Below are positions 46,904 through 56,639 of a stretch of 64,000 nucleotides of DNA, one piece after another (the stretch's first letter is position 1; every line of letters begins with the position of its first letter). A program made the position numbers and the translations under genes. The stretch is taken from the IMG/VR virus record IMGVR_UViG_3300012979_000038, positions 1-64,000 of that record; one strand, written 5' to 3'. This DNA comes from a virus. A model generated the notes under the pieces. It did no database searches. It was not told the origin of the DNA and saw nothing but the letters and a program-made list of their open reading frames with translations.

Positions 46904-49144
46904 TTAACCTTGAATGTGTTTAACTCTGTCCTTAACTTCACATTGTTTTCCATAATTAAATGCTGATTTATAGTCTCCAGTCAAATATCCGCAAACTCTT
47001 CTTAGTCGTTTAATATTTGTTCCACCACATTTTGGGCATTCATCTCCAGGAATTTCATCTTCATAACCACAGTTTGGACAATAATCGATAGGAACATTTA
47101 TAGCAAAATATGGAATATCTTTATCCATTGCATATTTAACTAATTGTTCTAATGCATCAATATTATTCTTAGCAGAGCTTGGAAGTTCTACATAAGTTAT
47201 ACAACCAGCATTTGAATATCCAGTCAATTGTGATTCAATATCAATTTTCTCAAATGGATTCATATTATGCCATACTGGAACGTGCATAGAATTTGTAAAG
47301 TATTCGTGGTCAGAAACATTTGGAATAACTCCATATTTTTTGGTGAAGTTTTTCATTGCGGTATAACATAAGTTTTCTGCAGGAGTATAATAAACACCAA
47401 AATTAAGTTTCAAATTACTCTTAAATTCTTTACATCTAGTATTGAATAAACTTTCAATCTCTTTTGCAAGATTCATACCTTCTTCAGATGTATGGTCACA
47501 TCCAACAAGAATTTGTAAAGTCTCTGCCAAACCAAGTTGTCCAATAACAAGAGTACCATGTTTAAGGGCTGAAATGATTCCTTCCTCTTTCTTATATCCT
47601 CTCATTGTTAAATTTTCATACATGAACTTTGCAGATTCCATTGGTTGTTTACACATATGATTGAAACGTTCCAATAACATATCCTTTGCTTCATTAATTT
47701 TTGTGTCCAATAACTTCATAAAGGTTTCGATGATATCTGTTCCAGTTTTTTCAGATTTTTCTTTAGCAATCATAGCGACAGTTGGTAAGATAATTGTTAC
47801 TGGTGCCAAGTTACCTCTACCATCTTTCTTTTGTGGATTAACTCCTGGTTCTGCATTAATATCTACACCATTATAAGTACGACAACCCATTGTACTCATG
47901 TATGTTTCTGGATCATTTCTATCATAACCAGCGTTAACACTCCAGTCAACGTTACAATAATTAGGATAAATACGTTGTGCAGTTGATTTTAATGCTAATC
48001 TATAAAGATCATAGTTTGGTGTACCTGGTGCATCATTTACACCTTTCATATATTGGAAAATTAAACATGGGAAGATTGATGTTATGCCATGTTTACCGAG
48101 ACCTTTGATACATACATCCAAAATAGCTTTAGTAATCATACGACCACCAACTTCTGTACATGTACCAAAGTTAATACTTGAGAATGGTAATTGATTTCCA
48201 CTACGTGATTGTAAAGTATTAAGATTATGGAACAATCCTTCAACAGCTTGATATGTTTCACGCTCTGTCATCTTTAATGCGTAATTATAAACCTTTTCGT
48301 ATTTTTTATAACGTGGAGAATCAATAGGTAATTCAGAAATAAAACAATCTTTTAATAATTCTGAACTTGTTAGTTTTTCAATTTCCTTATCGTTTAGATT
48401 TTTGATAAAACGTAATCCATCTATATAATGTTTCCAGAATGATTTACGAACATATGGTACCATTGAGTGGTCAATATGACTAGCAGCAACACCACCAAAT
48501 TGTTGTAATGATTGAATTTGGAAAAGAACTGCAACTAATTGCATAGCGGTATTTACTGAATTAGCTCCTCTAACATCAGTTTGTCTTGTATTAAAACCAT
48601 TTTTTAATAAATCATCAATAGGAACTGTTAAACAATTGTGCATACCTGCTGCATAACTATCCAAATCATGTACATAAATAATGTTATTTTCATGATTCTT
48701 TCTAGCCATCTTTGACATAACGTTCTTTAATGCTGCATTCTTTGTTACAATTCTTGCTGCTTCACCAATACGTCCACCAAATGACATTTCATCTAAGTTA
48801 GCATTTTGATTCTCAATATTTGTACCATTAAGCTTTGCTTGAATTTGTTTAATCAAATCAGATTTATTTTCACGAATCTCTGCATGACGATTACGATATA
48901 GAATAAATGATTCAGCAACCTCATACTTATTTCGTTTAATAAATTCCTTTTGTATAATGTCTTGAATTTCTTCTACTGAAATAATATCTTTCTTTGTAAA
49001 ATATTTGTCAAATGTTTCTTTAAGTTGTTCAATAAATTTTTCAGGAATTTCTTGATTTACTGATGAAAATGCTTTAGCTAAAACATCATTAATCTTTTCA
49101 AAATTAAAATCCTGAATGCTTTCATCCCTTTTTACTACTTTCAT
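46904..49144 (-). CDS. nrdD: anaerobic ribonucleoside-triphosphate reductase (class III RNR large subunit)
   Basis: C-terminal glycyl-radical motif RVCGYLTG preceded by the zinc ribbon CPNCGYEDEIPGDECPKCGG. N-terminal ATP-cone-like region. Confidence 0.85.
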   Translation of the reverse strand: MKVVKRDESIQDFNFEKINDVLAKAFSSVNQEIPEKFIEQLKETFDKYFTKKDIISVEEIQDIIQKEFIKRNKYEVAESFILYRNRHAEIRENKSDLIKQIQAKLNGTNIENQNANLDEMSFGGRIGEAARIVTKNAALKNVMSKMARKNHENNIIYVHDLDSYAAGMHNCLTVPIDDLLKNGFNTRQTDVRGANSVNTAMQLVAVLFQIQSLQQFGGVAASHIDHSMVPYVRKSFWKHYIDGLRFIKNLNDKEIEKLTSSELLKDCFISELPIDSPRYKKYEKVYNYALKMTERETYQAVEGLFHNLNTLQSRSGNQLPFSSINFGTCTEVGGRMITKAILDVCIKGLGKHGITSIFPCLIFQYMKGVNDAPGTPNYDLYRLALKSTAQRIYPNYCNVDWSVNAGYDRNDPETYMSTMGCRTYNGVDINAEPGVNPQKKDGRGNLAPVTIILPTVAMIAKEKSEKTGTDIIETFMKLLDTKINEAKDMLLERFNHMCKQPMESAKFMYENLTMRGYKKEEGIISALKHGTLVIGQLGLAETLQILVGCDHTSEEGMNLAKEIESLFNTRCKEFKSNLKLNFGVYYTPAENLCYTAMKNFTKKYGVIPNVSDHEYFTNSMHVPVWHNMNPFEKIDIESQLTGYSNAGCITYVELPSSAKNNIDALEQLVKYAMDKDIPYFAINVPIDYCPNCGYEDEIPGDECPKCGGTNIKRLRRVCGYLTGDYKSAFNYGKQCEVKDRVKHIQG

Positions 49145-49174
49145 ATTTTGCTTTAATTTATATAGATATATTTT

Positions 49175-49396
49175 TTAACAATCTGGTTCTGTATAAACTT
49201 TGTTATCTTCAATTTTGACAACCTTAAAAATTGTACCACCGGCATACCAGCCTTTGCCAACTTGTGGTTTCTTTTTCCAATTCTTTGCCCATTCTGTGAA
49301 GTTATCATCAAGCTTATTACTTACATAAACTTCCCATGGTTCTCCGTTTTCAGCTTTAACAGCTTCACTAATTATATAGTTTTGTAATGTTTTCAT
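49175..49396 (-). CDS. small protein with CTS-like N-terminus (MKTLQNYIISE)
   Basis: 73-aa ORF. Its leader matches the MK[ST]L.x[YH]I.E family. Confidence 0.4.
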   Translation of the reverse strand: MKTLQNYIISEAVKAENGEPWEVYVSNKLDDNFTEWAKNWKKKPQVGKGWYAGGTIFKVVKIEDNKVYTEPDC

Positions 49397-49457
49397 ATGT
49401 TTTATAAAAATGTATATTTAATTTAATATAGTAAAATGTTAATAAACAAAACAAAAA

Positions 49458-49499
49458 ATGCTGAACAAAACCTATCTTTCGATAGATTTCATTCAGCAT
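49458..49499 (-). promoter_or_regulatory. long hairpin in the leader between class B motif and the 49396 ATG
   Basis: ATGCTGAA...TTCAGCAT outer stem with inner ATCTATC/GATAGAT stem. Confidence 0.35.
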
Positions 49500-49510
49500 G
49501 TATGTTAGTT

Positions 49511-49528
49511 TTTATTTATATAAAAATA
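49511..49528 (-). promoter_or_regulatory. class B motif (exact)
   Basis: TTTATTTATATAAAAATA on the plus strand. Confidence 0.5.
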
Positions 49529-49536
49529 AACTAAAA

Positions 49537-50337
49537 CTATAAATTCGATTTAGATCGTAAACTAAAAAAATCAGTCGAATTTTCTAATTTTTTTAAATTA
49601 TTATCCTTACAATATGTTTTTCTTACATTAATAATGCTACCGAAATTTTCTGAGTGCATACATAAATCGTAACCATCAAAAAAGACACAACCATTACAAT
49701 ATTCAGATTGATAAACATCAGCTTTATTTTCAGAAAAATCTTTGTTTATTTCAGAAAAATCTTTGTTTAATTTCTTTTTTACTTCTTCTACAATATAATT
49801 AACTGCCTCTGTATTTTGTAATTCAGTATAATCTATATCATAAGTGTGTAAAATATTTTTGATATCCGAATCAATCATTTCTGATTCTTCCAATGTTTGC
49901 ATTCTACCTTCAGATTGGTATGTTTCACCACGTTTAATAAAATACATCAAGTTATTGAATGTATGATATTGTTCTACTACCAAATTATTGAAGTGGTTAG
50001 AAGGCATGTTATTATAATGTATAGATATAATGAGAGGTGAATCGGTGATAATTACATCAACTTTATTCTTTAGTCTAAATAACTTATGATATTGTTTTCC
50101 AAAAACATAAAGTTGATCACTTAAAACGTTATATGATTCTTCCCAAACTTTATCTTTAGCAAATTCAAGAGATAACTCACAATTTATACCTAATTTCTTT
50201 AACTCATAAAAAATGCCACTTGCACATGTTGATTTACCACTACCTGGTCCACCAATGAGATTAATTACTAATGTTTCTTTCGTAATAACATTTTCATGTG
50301 GTCCACATATTAGATTATTTACTAATATTTCTTCCAT
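49537..50337 (-). CDS. P-loop nucleotide kinase-like protein with Cys-rich C-terminus
   Basis: Walker A LIGGPGSGKSTCA; C-terminal YCNGCVFFDGYDLC...YCKD. Confidence 0.5.
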   Translation of the reverse strand: MEEILVNNLICGPHENVITKETLVINLIGGPGSGKSTCASGIFYELKKLGINCELSLEFAKDKVWEESYNVLSDQLYVFGKQYHKLFRLKNKVDVIITDSPLIISIHYNNMPSNHFNNLVVEQYHTFNNLMYFIKRGETYQSEGRMQTLEESEMIDSDIKNILHTYDIDYTELQNTEAVNYIVEEVKKKLNKDFSEINKDFSENKADVYQSEYCNGCVFFDGYDLCMHSENFGSIINVRKTYCKDNNLKKLENSTDFFSLRSKSNL

Positions 50338-50344
50338 ATTTACA

Positions 50345-50623
50345 TTATTTAAACATATTTAAAATATCTTTAATAGGATAATCATATCCAGGGAATGGAT
50401 TGTATGTTGGTTCGATACCTAAATCTTGCATTGTACAAATTATATGAGTAATGTTAAACATTAATCCTTCGCAATTTACTTCACAATACGCATCGTCATA
50501 TTCTTTATTATATGCTTCAATATCGTATCCTTGTGCTCCACCTTCTCCTTTATATGTTTTTATTTCTATTTCTTTAAACCCGTAATTAACAAGTAATAAA
50601 GTTAAAACATCTTTTCCTGTCAT
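50345..50623 (-). CDS. hypothetical protein
   Basis: 92-aa ORF. Confidence 0.4.
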   Translation of the reverse strand: MTGKDVLTLLLVNYGFKEIEIKTYKGEGGAQGYDIEAYNKEYDDAYCEVNCEGLMFNITHIICTMQDLGIEPTYNPFPGYDYPIKDILNMFK

Positions 50624-50624
50624 A

Positions 50625-51626
50625 TTAAAGTTGTTTTGATTTAAGTATTTTTAAGAATTTTGATTCTGAAATTGTACAACCAGCTGCACCTTTATGACCT
50701 CCACCTTTATACTTTGATTTAAGATATTCTCCACAATGGAAATCGTCCCAATCATTTACGTTATATAATGAAACTGTCCAGTCACCAGTAGGAGTACGTT
50801 TAAAAACGATTCCATTTTGGTTATTACCGTTTCGTAATTCTTTAAACATTAATGAATTTGATGGACCTTGAATAAATAATGCGCATGCATTTCTATCACC
50901 ATCTAGTTTCCATCCAAAATCACCATTGTTATAGATTAATTGGTAATTGTTAAAATTATCATAATCAATCAATGTTTTACCGATATCATATAATTCCTTG
51001 ATAGTTTTCTCACCATACTTACGAATGAAACACACCGAATCATGAATAAATAACCAATCAATAAAATCAAATGCAAAATTAACATCTAATGATAAACCAA
51101 CCGTAACTGCTTTATTAACACATTGACAAAACTCATTAGTATATCCTTCTCTTTCAAATGACCAAGAATCCCATCCAGAAAGAATTCTCAAAATCTCTGG
51201 AACTTTTTTGTCATTGTATTTTTCATTAAACGGATCAAAAAGATATTGATAAACACAAAGGATTGCAGATTTACTAGTATCTCTAACACCATTTACATCA
51301 TCAAATCCTAATCTAAATGATTCATCAATAATAGGTTTATGATGGTCACACCAAACAAACTTTGGTCCAAACATTTTTTTGAGTTTCAACATTTGTTTAG
51401 CATTATTAAATGAAATGTCAACCATTATAATATTTTCATATTCATTCTGAAGATTATCGATTTCTTCATCTGTTAATCTGTTTAATGTAGTATAATCAGC
51501 TGGCATCATAGTAATTGATGGACCTTCCACACGCATACGTTTAGTCAAATGATAGTAAACTAAAGCTGCTGAAATAATACCGTCATTATCTTCTTTATGA
51601 TAAATAACTAAATATTTTGTATTCAT
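50625..51626 (-). CDS. DHH/DHHA1 family phosphoesterase (NrnA/RecJ-like)
   Basis: Motif I HKEDNDGIISAA (D-x-D), motif III CDHHKP (DHH), DHHA1 GGGHKGAAG. Confidence 0.7.
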   Translation of the reverse strand: MNTKYLVIYHKEDNDGIISAALVYYHLTKRMRVEGPSITMMPADYTTLNRLTDEEIDNLQNEYENIIMVDISFNNAKQMLKLKKMFGPKFVWCDHHKPIIDESFRLGFDDVNGVRDTSKSAILCVYQYLFDPFNEKYNDKKVPEILRILSGWDSWSFEREGYTNEFCQCVNKAVTVGLSLDVNFAFDFIDWLFIHDSVCFIRKYGEKTIKELYDIGKTLIDYDNFNNYQLIYNNGDFGWKLDGDRNACALFIQGPSNSLMFKELRNGNNQNGIVFKRTPTGDWTVSLYNVNDWDDFHCGEYLKSKYKGGGHKGAAGCTISESKFLKILKSKQL

Positions 51627-51640
51627 ATATTCTTTAAATT

Positions 51641-52783
51641 TTAAAATTGTTCACAAAGTTTAAATGCTGATTCAATAGTATCTGATATTGAATAATTTCT
51701 GTATTCTGCTCGTTTTCCGCATAATAACATATTCGGATAATCTTTCTTTAATAACTCAAGATATCTTCCATAAAGACCGATTGAACGAGTATCTCTAATT
51801 AAATCAATTGGTTCTGCGCCAATCTCCCATTCTTTATAATATTTATAAATTGCTATTGTGTGTTCATCAAATTCTTTAGATTTTCCAATTTTCCAAGGTG
51901 TTAACCACTTAAACTCTGTTATTTTATACCATTTTACTTTTTTATCCAAATAATTAACAACTGGGCATCCTAATAAATTTGTTGTGTTTGCTGATTCATC
52001 TCTAATTACATAATCTGCAGCAGTCCATTCTAACTTACCAATGCAATAATTAAATAGTCTATCAATTTCACCAGTATAAATAACTCTATCTGCTAAAGAT
52101 GAATAAGATTTTGGTTTTTCTAAAAAATTTGTATCAAGTATTATTGATATATCATCTCCAATGATATTTTCTATAAGTTTAGTATATCCATTTTCTGGAA
52201 TTCCTTGATAGATCTCTTTGTAAAATCTGGCATCAGAAAAAAGTAATGTGTTATAAATTCGTTGATGAACATTAGCTGGTAAATTTTCGGGATCTTTGTT
52301 ATAAATCTTAGTATAATATTTTCTATAAATAGTTTCGTAAATTGTTTCACCGTATTTATAAATCAAATATTCCTTAAGATTATTAAACTCTTCATTTTCC
52401 ATAAATTTATCATCACGTAATCTTCTTTCAAATTGATATGGATAAGTTTCACCATAAATATCATAACACATTTGTAAATCATCAGAAAAAAGATAACGGT
52501 TTTTGTCGTCAACTAAATATTCATTATAAACTGTTGGTACGATATTGTCATATTTCTTAAGAAAATTCCAAACATCTTTATTATTTGTATGAATAATGTG
52601 CGTATCAAATAGATGAATTTGAATATCATATTTAAAATCATTCGCACAATTTCCTCCAACAAATGGACGTTCTTCTATTATAACAACAGAATATCCTTTA
52701 TCTTTAAGCAGACGAGCACAAGTGGCACCAGCAAAGCCGGCGCCAACTATCATAAAATCATATTTGTTTTTATTAGCGTGCAT
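51641..52783 (-). CDS. glf: UDP-galactopyranose mutase-like flavoenzyme
   Basis: N-terminal FAD Rossmann [42 protein letters not shown] and ~380-aa length are typical of Glf. Confidence 0.65.
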   Translation of the reverse strand: MHANKNKYDFMIVGAGFAGATCARLLKDKGYSVVIIEERPFVGGNCANDFKYDIQIHLFDTHIIHTNNKDVWNFLKKYDNIVPTVYNEYLVDDKNRYLFSDDLQMCYDIYGETYPYQFERRLRDDKFMENEEFNNLKEYLIYKYGETIYETIYRKYYTKIYNKDPENLPANVHQRIYNTLLFSDARFYKEIYQGIPENGYTKLIENIIGDDISIILDTNFLEKPKSYSSLADRVIYTGEIDRLFNYCIGKLEWTAADYVIRDESANTTNLLGCPVVNYLDKKVKWYKITEFKWLTPWKIGKSKEFDEHTIAIYKYYKEWEIGAEPIDLIRDTRSIGLYGRYLELLKKDYPNMLLCGKRAEYRNYSISDTIESAFKLCEQF

Positions 52784-53048
52784 CAGTTAAACCTTCGTAT
52801 TTTCCAGATTCTAAGCAACAGTTCTTATATTTCTTTCCAGAACCACATGGACATGAATCATTTCTACGAATCTTAGGATATTCTCGAACTTGTTGTTTTG
52901 GACGTTGATAACGCATCATAAGTTGTTGCATTTTAGAAGGAGAAGCATCCAATGCTGATTGCATCGCTTCCATAGCATTTTGATTGTCTTCAAATTGGAT
53001 GTTTGTTACGCCATCCATAATCATTCCTGTTTCGATGTTAGTATTCAT
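52773..53048 (-). CDS. SEC-C motif protein
   Basis: C-terminal [13 protein letters not shown] metal-binding SEC-C motif. Confidence 0.55.
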   Translation of the reverse strand: MNTNIETGMIMDGVTNIQFEDNQNAMEAMQSALDASPSKMQQLMMRYQRPKQQVREYPKIRRNDSCPCGSGKKYKNCCLESGKYEGLTDAR

Positions 53049-53066
53049 AAGTTATTATTATCTTAT

Positions 53067-53115
53067 TTTTATATCTATTTAAATATAGATTTTTACTTTA
53101 TAGATTTTCAATTAA
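53067..53115 (+). promoter_or_regulatory. degenerate class A/B-like promoter region upstream of first DUF285 gene
   Basis: TATTTTTATAT (first 11 nt of class B), then TTTTTACTTTATAGATTTTCAATTAAA resembling the 3' half of class A. Confidence 0.3.
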
Positions 53116-53160
53116 ACTTAAACTTTATTTTTATTTAATAGAAATTAAAATTTAACTAAT

Positions 53161-54114
53161 ATGAAGTCATTAAATCAATACATAAACGAGAAACTTGTTT
53201 TGAAGTCTAATAGCAAAATTAGAAAACATCAAGAATATAATTATCATCCTAAAACAAATGAGGAATTAAGAACGTTAGTTAATGAACTCATTGAAGAACG
53301 TGGTATTGAAGCTGATTTAAACGACATTGATACATCAAAAATTGATGATATGTCACATGTATTTGAAAACAAAAAATTTGATGGAGATATTTCAGACTGG
53401 GACGTTTCTAATGTAAGATATATGGGACATATGTTTTTATATAATTTTGATTTTACCGGAAAAAACACAGATTTTAGTAACTGGGATGTATCAAACGTTT
53501 ATCATGCCGATGGAATGTTTGCTGGATGTCAAAAGTTTGAAGGTAAAGGATTGGAAAACTGGAAATTGAAATCGTTAGGAGTAGCAAAAGAAATGTTCGC
53601 CAATTGTCATGAGTTAAATTTCGACATAACAAATTGGGATATTTCTAATATAGAATACTTTGAATCGATGTTTATAAATTGTAAAAAATTCAATCAAGAT
53701 TTATCTAACTGGAAATTCAATCATAATGTTAGAAATTTAACTGGTTTATTTATGGGGTGTGAAAGTTTCGAAGGAAAGGGATTGGAAAATTGGGATGTTA
53801 GTAAAATAACAAATATGAGAAGTATGTTTGCTGGCTGTGCAAAATTTAATGCCGATATAACTAAATGGGATGTTTATTCAGTTATTGGCATGTGTAATAT
53901 GTTTCATGGATGTAAAGAATTTAATCAGGATTTATCTAATTGGAATGTAAAAAATCTTATGGATATTACTGAAATGTTTAGGGATTCTGGTATGACATAT
54001 AATTTAGCAAAATGGGCACCTAAGCTTCACAATAAATGTAAAATAAAAAATGCATTAACTAATACACCGGTAACTAAATCAAAACGTCAACCTTTCTGGT
54101 ACTTTAGAAAATAA
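53161..54114 (+). CDS. DUF285-repeat protein, paralog 1, with CTS-like N-terminus
   Basis: Tandem ~22-aa repeats F.GDIS.WDVSNV..M..MF typical of DUF285 (Mycoplasma-type repeat). N-terminus MKSLNQYINEKLVLKSNSKIRK shared with 4 paralogs. Confidence 0.7.
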   Translation: MKSLNQYINEKLVLKSNSKIRKHQEYNYHPKTNEELRTLVNELIEERGIEADLNDIDTSKIDDMSHVFENKKFDGDISDWDVSNVRYMGHMFLYNFDFTGKNTDFSNWDVSNVYHADGMFAGCQKFEGKGLENWKLKSLGVAKEMFANCHELNFDITNWDISNIEYFESMFINCKKFNQDLSNWKFNHNVRNLTGLFMGCESFEGKGLENWDVSKITNMRSMFAGCAKFNADITKWDVYSVIGMCNMFHGCKEFNQDLSNWNVKNLMDITEMFRDSGMTYNLAKWAPKLHNKCKIKNALTNTPVTKSKRQPFWYFRK

Positions 54115-54119
54115 TATAA

Positions 54120-54150
54120 AAGGGGAACATTTAGTTCCCCTTATTTTTTT
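54120..54150. terminator. bidirectional terminator
   Basis: AAGGGGAACATTTAGTTCCCCTT followed by a T-run. Confidence 0.6.
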
Positions 54151-54520
54151 CATATTCTCTTTTTGAAATGATTGTAAATGTCTCTTGAAGTTCATTAATA
54201 CTTCCTTCCCAAATATTCCTTAATTTATCTTTAGAGATTTCATAAATCAAAAATACTTGACCCGCCTTAACTTTGATTTCTATGCATTTGATATATGAAT
54301 AATCCAAAAACTGTTCGGAAGGTGTATATGAAACAGCTACCAAATATTTAAGATACTTTCCTTCATAAACATTCTTAAGAAATGCTTCAATGCTAAGATT
54401 TAACATTTTATACTCTTGCATCATTTCATTAAGTTGTCTTTTATATGAATCTCTTTCGTTTTCTCGTAGAGCAATTTTAGATTCTAATAATGATACTTTC
54501 TTTTTGTTAAATAAATCCAT
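54131..54520 (-). CDS. coiled-coil hypothetical protein
   Basis: 129-aa ORF. Confidence 0.4.
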   Translation of the reverse strand: MDLFNKKKVSLLESKIALRENERDSYKRQLNEMMQEYKMLNLSIEAFLKNVYEGKYLKYLVAVSYTPSEQFLDYSYIKCIEIKVKAGQVFLIYEISKDKLRNIWEGSINELQETFTIISKREYEKNKGN

Positions 54521-54524
54521 ATTC

Positions 54525-55076
54525 TTAGTTTATTTTGTTTATTTGGTCTACCATCAAATTAAGATATTGCTTCAAATTTTTTGTGAAATTTTCAATATCG
54601 TACATTTTATCATGGTCAAAAATTCGCAAATATGCATAAGTTGAAAATTTTTCAAAATGATAATCATCATGAATTTTAACAAGTTTTATGCAATCATTAG
54701 TAAGACTGCAACAATCAATCGTTAATGATTTTTCGAATGGATTAAACAATACAGTCAACTCTGTTGATGCAATTACGCCTTCATATTCACGGTGAAGTTT
54801 TATATTCGTATAATGATGATGATTTAATTTATCGGTTTTACACATTATATAGTTATTAAGATTGTTACCAAGCGTTATAAATGGTACTTTACCAGTAAGA
54901 CCATGTTCATCCATAAAATCGCAAGTTCCAAGAATATCTTTTGCTTGTTCCAAATGTTTCAAACAATTGTCTAACATCTGACACAAATTATCCTTGTATG
55001 CCTTTTGTGTTTGATTACGTTCTTCTTCTCGTTTTTTTGCAACTTCGAGAATTCCTAATTCATTGATAATTGTCAT
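54525..55076 (-). CDS. hypothetical protein
   Basis: 183-aa ORF. Confidence 0.4.
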   Translation of the reverse strand: MTIINELGILEVAKKREEERNQTQKAYKDNLCQMLDNCLKHLEQAKDILGTCDFMDEHGLTGKVPFITLGNNLNNYIMCKTDKLNHHHYTNIKLHREYEGVIASTELTVLFNPFEKSLTIDCCSLTNDCIKLVKIHDDYHFEKFSTYAYLRIFDHDKMYDIENFTKNLKQYLNLMVDQINKIN

Positions 55077-55081
55077 AATAT

Positions 55082-55303
55082 TTAAGCTTCGTTAATACGG
55101 ATAAGTGATTTTTCCAAAAATTCCAAAACTTTATCGTCACGATAGAAACAATCTACTCCATCGATAAACTGTACCTGACGAGCTACTCCATAGTGCTCCT
55201 CAATATAGTTAAAAACGAATTGTCCAAAACGAATATAATCTGGACGTGATTGTGAGGCAGTTACAACCTCTTGTGTCAATTCTTCAATTTTCATATTATT
55301 CAT
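55082..55303 (-). CDS. hypothetical protein
   Basis: 73-aa ORF. Confidence 0.35.
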   Translation of the reverse strand: MNNMKIEELTQEVVTASQSRPDYIRFGQFVFNYIEEHYGVARQVQFIDGVDCFYRDDKVLEFLEKSLIRINEA

Positions 55304-55311
55304 TTTTTGTT

Positions 55312-56538
55312 TTAAGCGATTTTTTGATAAGTTGTTTTAGGTGCTTTTGAAAGACGACCTTTTGTGTAAATAATCTCTTTACGATTTGATACGCAACCTA
55401 CATTTACTATGAATGAATATCCAATCTCATCGTTAACATAGAACTTCTTGATGGTGTCGCTCTTAACCATGAAAAGTAAACCAGATTTTGTATCGCGGAT
55501 GTAATATTCTGTATATTGAGCAGGTGCCCAATATGGAAAATAACCATCTTCGTCATAATTATCAACTAATTGAGTATACTCAATTTTACCAGTTACATTG
55601 TACTTAACACCGTATTCAATACCGTTTGCTTGTACAGCTGGAGTAAAAGTATCTACTTTCATTGAATCGTCGTACATCTTAAGTGCGAAGAATACCTTAG
55701 AAACTTCATAAAGGTTAATGTACTCAGCTTCGAATGCTTGTTTGATTTCTTTTACAAAATCTGTTTTTGCTTCCAAGTTCTTTACGAAATCAAATATGGT
55801 TTTGTTGTATTGCTCATTAACTGGGTATTCGGAGATATTGCGGAGCATTACTGCAATATGGTCAGTACTTCCAGGAACTTTCTCTGAACCATAAGGAGTT
55901 TGTTCGTAACATACCTTAACCCAATTTTGTTGTGTTTTACGATACTCTGCAACAACTGGAATGATTGCATTGATGTTAACTGCTTGTGAAAAGATGTTAA
56001 TTGATTTACCTCCACACCATACTCCAAGATTTTCCGAGTAACATCCGTCATATACTTTAATGATTTTATCTACTTTGTAAATAAAAGATGAAAGATACTT
56101 ACCATCATTCAACATTTTGTTAACACATGCAGTACCGACTTGCATCCATTGATTTGTATTTGGATTATAAACTACATGTGATTCTGTTCTTGCTATATGT
56201 GATTTTCCACAATAGTCACATTTTGTGTAATTGAGACCAAACTCTTTTGGCATATTTTTGAAGTACTCATCTGAAACTTTGGTGACGATTCCATCACGGT
56301 GATAAATACTTGCTACCAAAACCCACTCGTTTGCTACTACATAATCAATATTAACTTCAATAAGATCTAATGTATAACGATTACAATAAGACCCTTCATA
56401 TTCAACGATATATCTCGTGCAATCTACCGGTTTAGGTTGACTGAACGTAATAGTTGGTTTAACGGTGAAGTGTTTAACCATTGCATTAAGTTTGTTTTCA
56501 ACTTGCTTACGATTTGCTGGTAGAATGTAGAAGTTCAT
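55312..56538 (-). CDS. hypothetical protein with CxxC pair
   Basis: 408-aa ORF with CDYCGKSH; preceded by a class A motif. Confidence 0.45.
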   Translation of the reverse strand: MNFYILPANRKQVENKLNAMVKHFTVKPTITFSQPKPVDCTRYIVEYEGSYCNRYTLDLIEVNIDYVVANEWVLVASIYHRDGIVTKVSDEYFKNMPKEFGLNYTKCDYCGKSHIARTESHVVYNPNTNQWMQVGTACVNKMLNDGKYLSSFIYKVDKIIKVYDGCYSENLGVWCGGKSINIFSQAVNINAIIPVVAEYRKTQQNWVKVCYEQTPYGSEKVPGSTDHIAVMLRNISEYPVNEQYNKTIFDFVKNLEAKTDFVKEIKQAFEAEYINLYEVSKVFFALKMYDDSMKVDTFTPAVQANGIEYGVKYNVTGKIEYTQLVDNYDEDGYFPYWAPAQYTEYYIRDTKSGLLFMVKSDTIKKFYVNDEIGYSFIVNVGCVSNRKEIIYTKGRLSKAPKTTYQKIA

Positions 56539-56549
56539 ATTGAAATATT

Positions 56550-56594
56550 TTTTAATTACAAATACAATATAGTAAAAAATATGAAAATTTCAAA
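56550..56594 (-). promoter_or_regulatory. class A promoter-like motif (minus sense), near-identical to consensus
   Basis: Minus-sense TTTGAAATTTTCATATTTTTTACTATATTGTATTTGTAATTAAAAAA, 12 nt before the ATG at 56538. Confidence 0.55.
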
Positions 56595-56604
56595 ATTTTA
56601 AAAC

Positions 56605-56626
56605 TTTATTTTTATATATAAATATG
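56605..56626 (+). promoter_or_regulatory. class B-like variant (TTATTTTTATATATAAATATG) upstream of the DUF285 operon
   Basis: Contains TATAAATA; differs from class B by a TA insertion. 14 nt before the ATG at 56640. Confidence 0.35.
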
Positions 56627-56639
56627 AATATACATTTTT

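Noticed and set aside
47442-47876. Plus-strand ORFs 47442..47660 and 47661..47876 within nrdD
   Set aside because: Embedded in the well-supported nrdD reading frame on the opposite strand.
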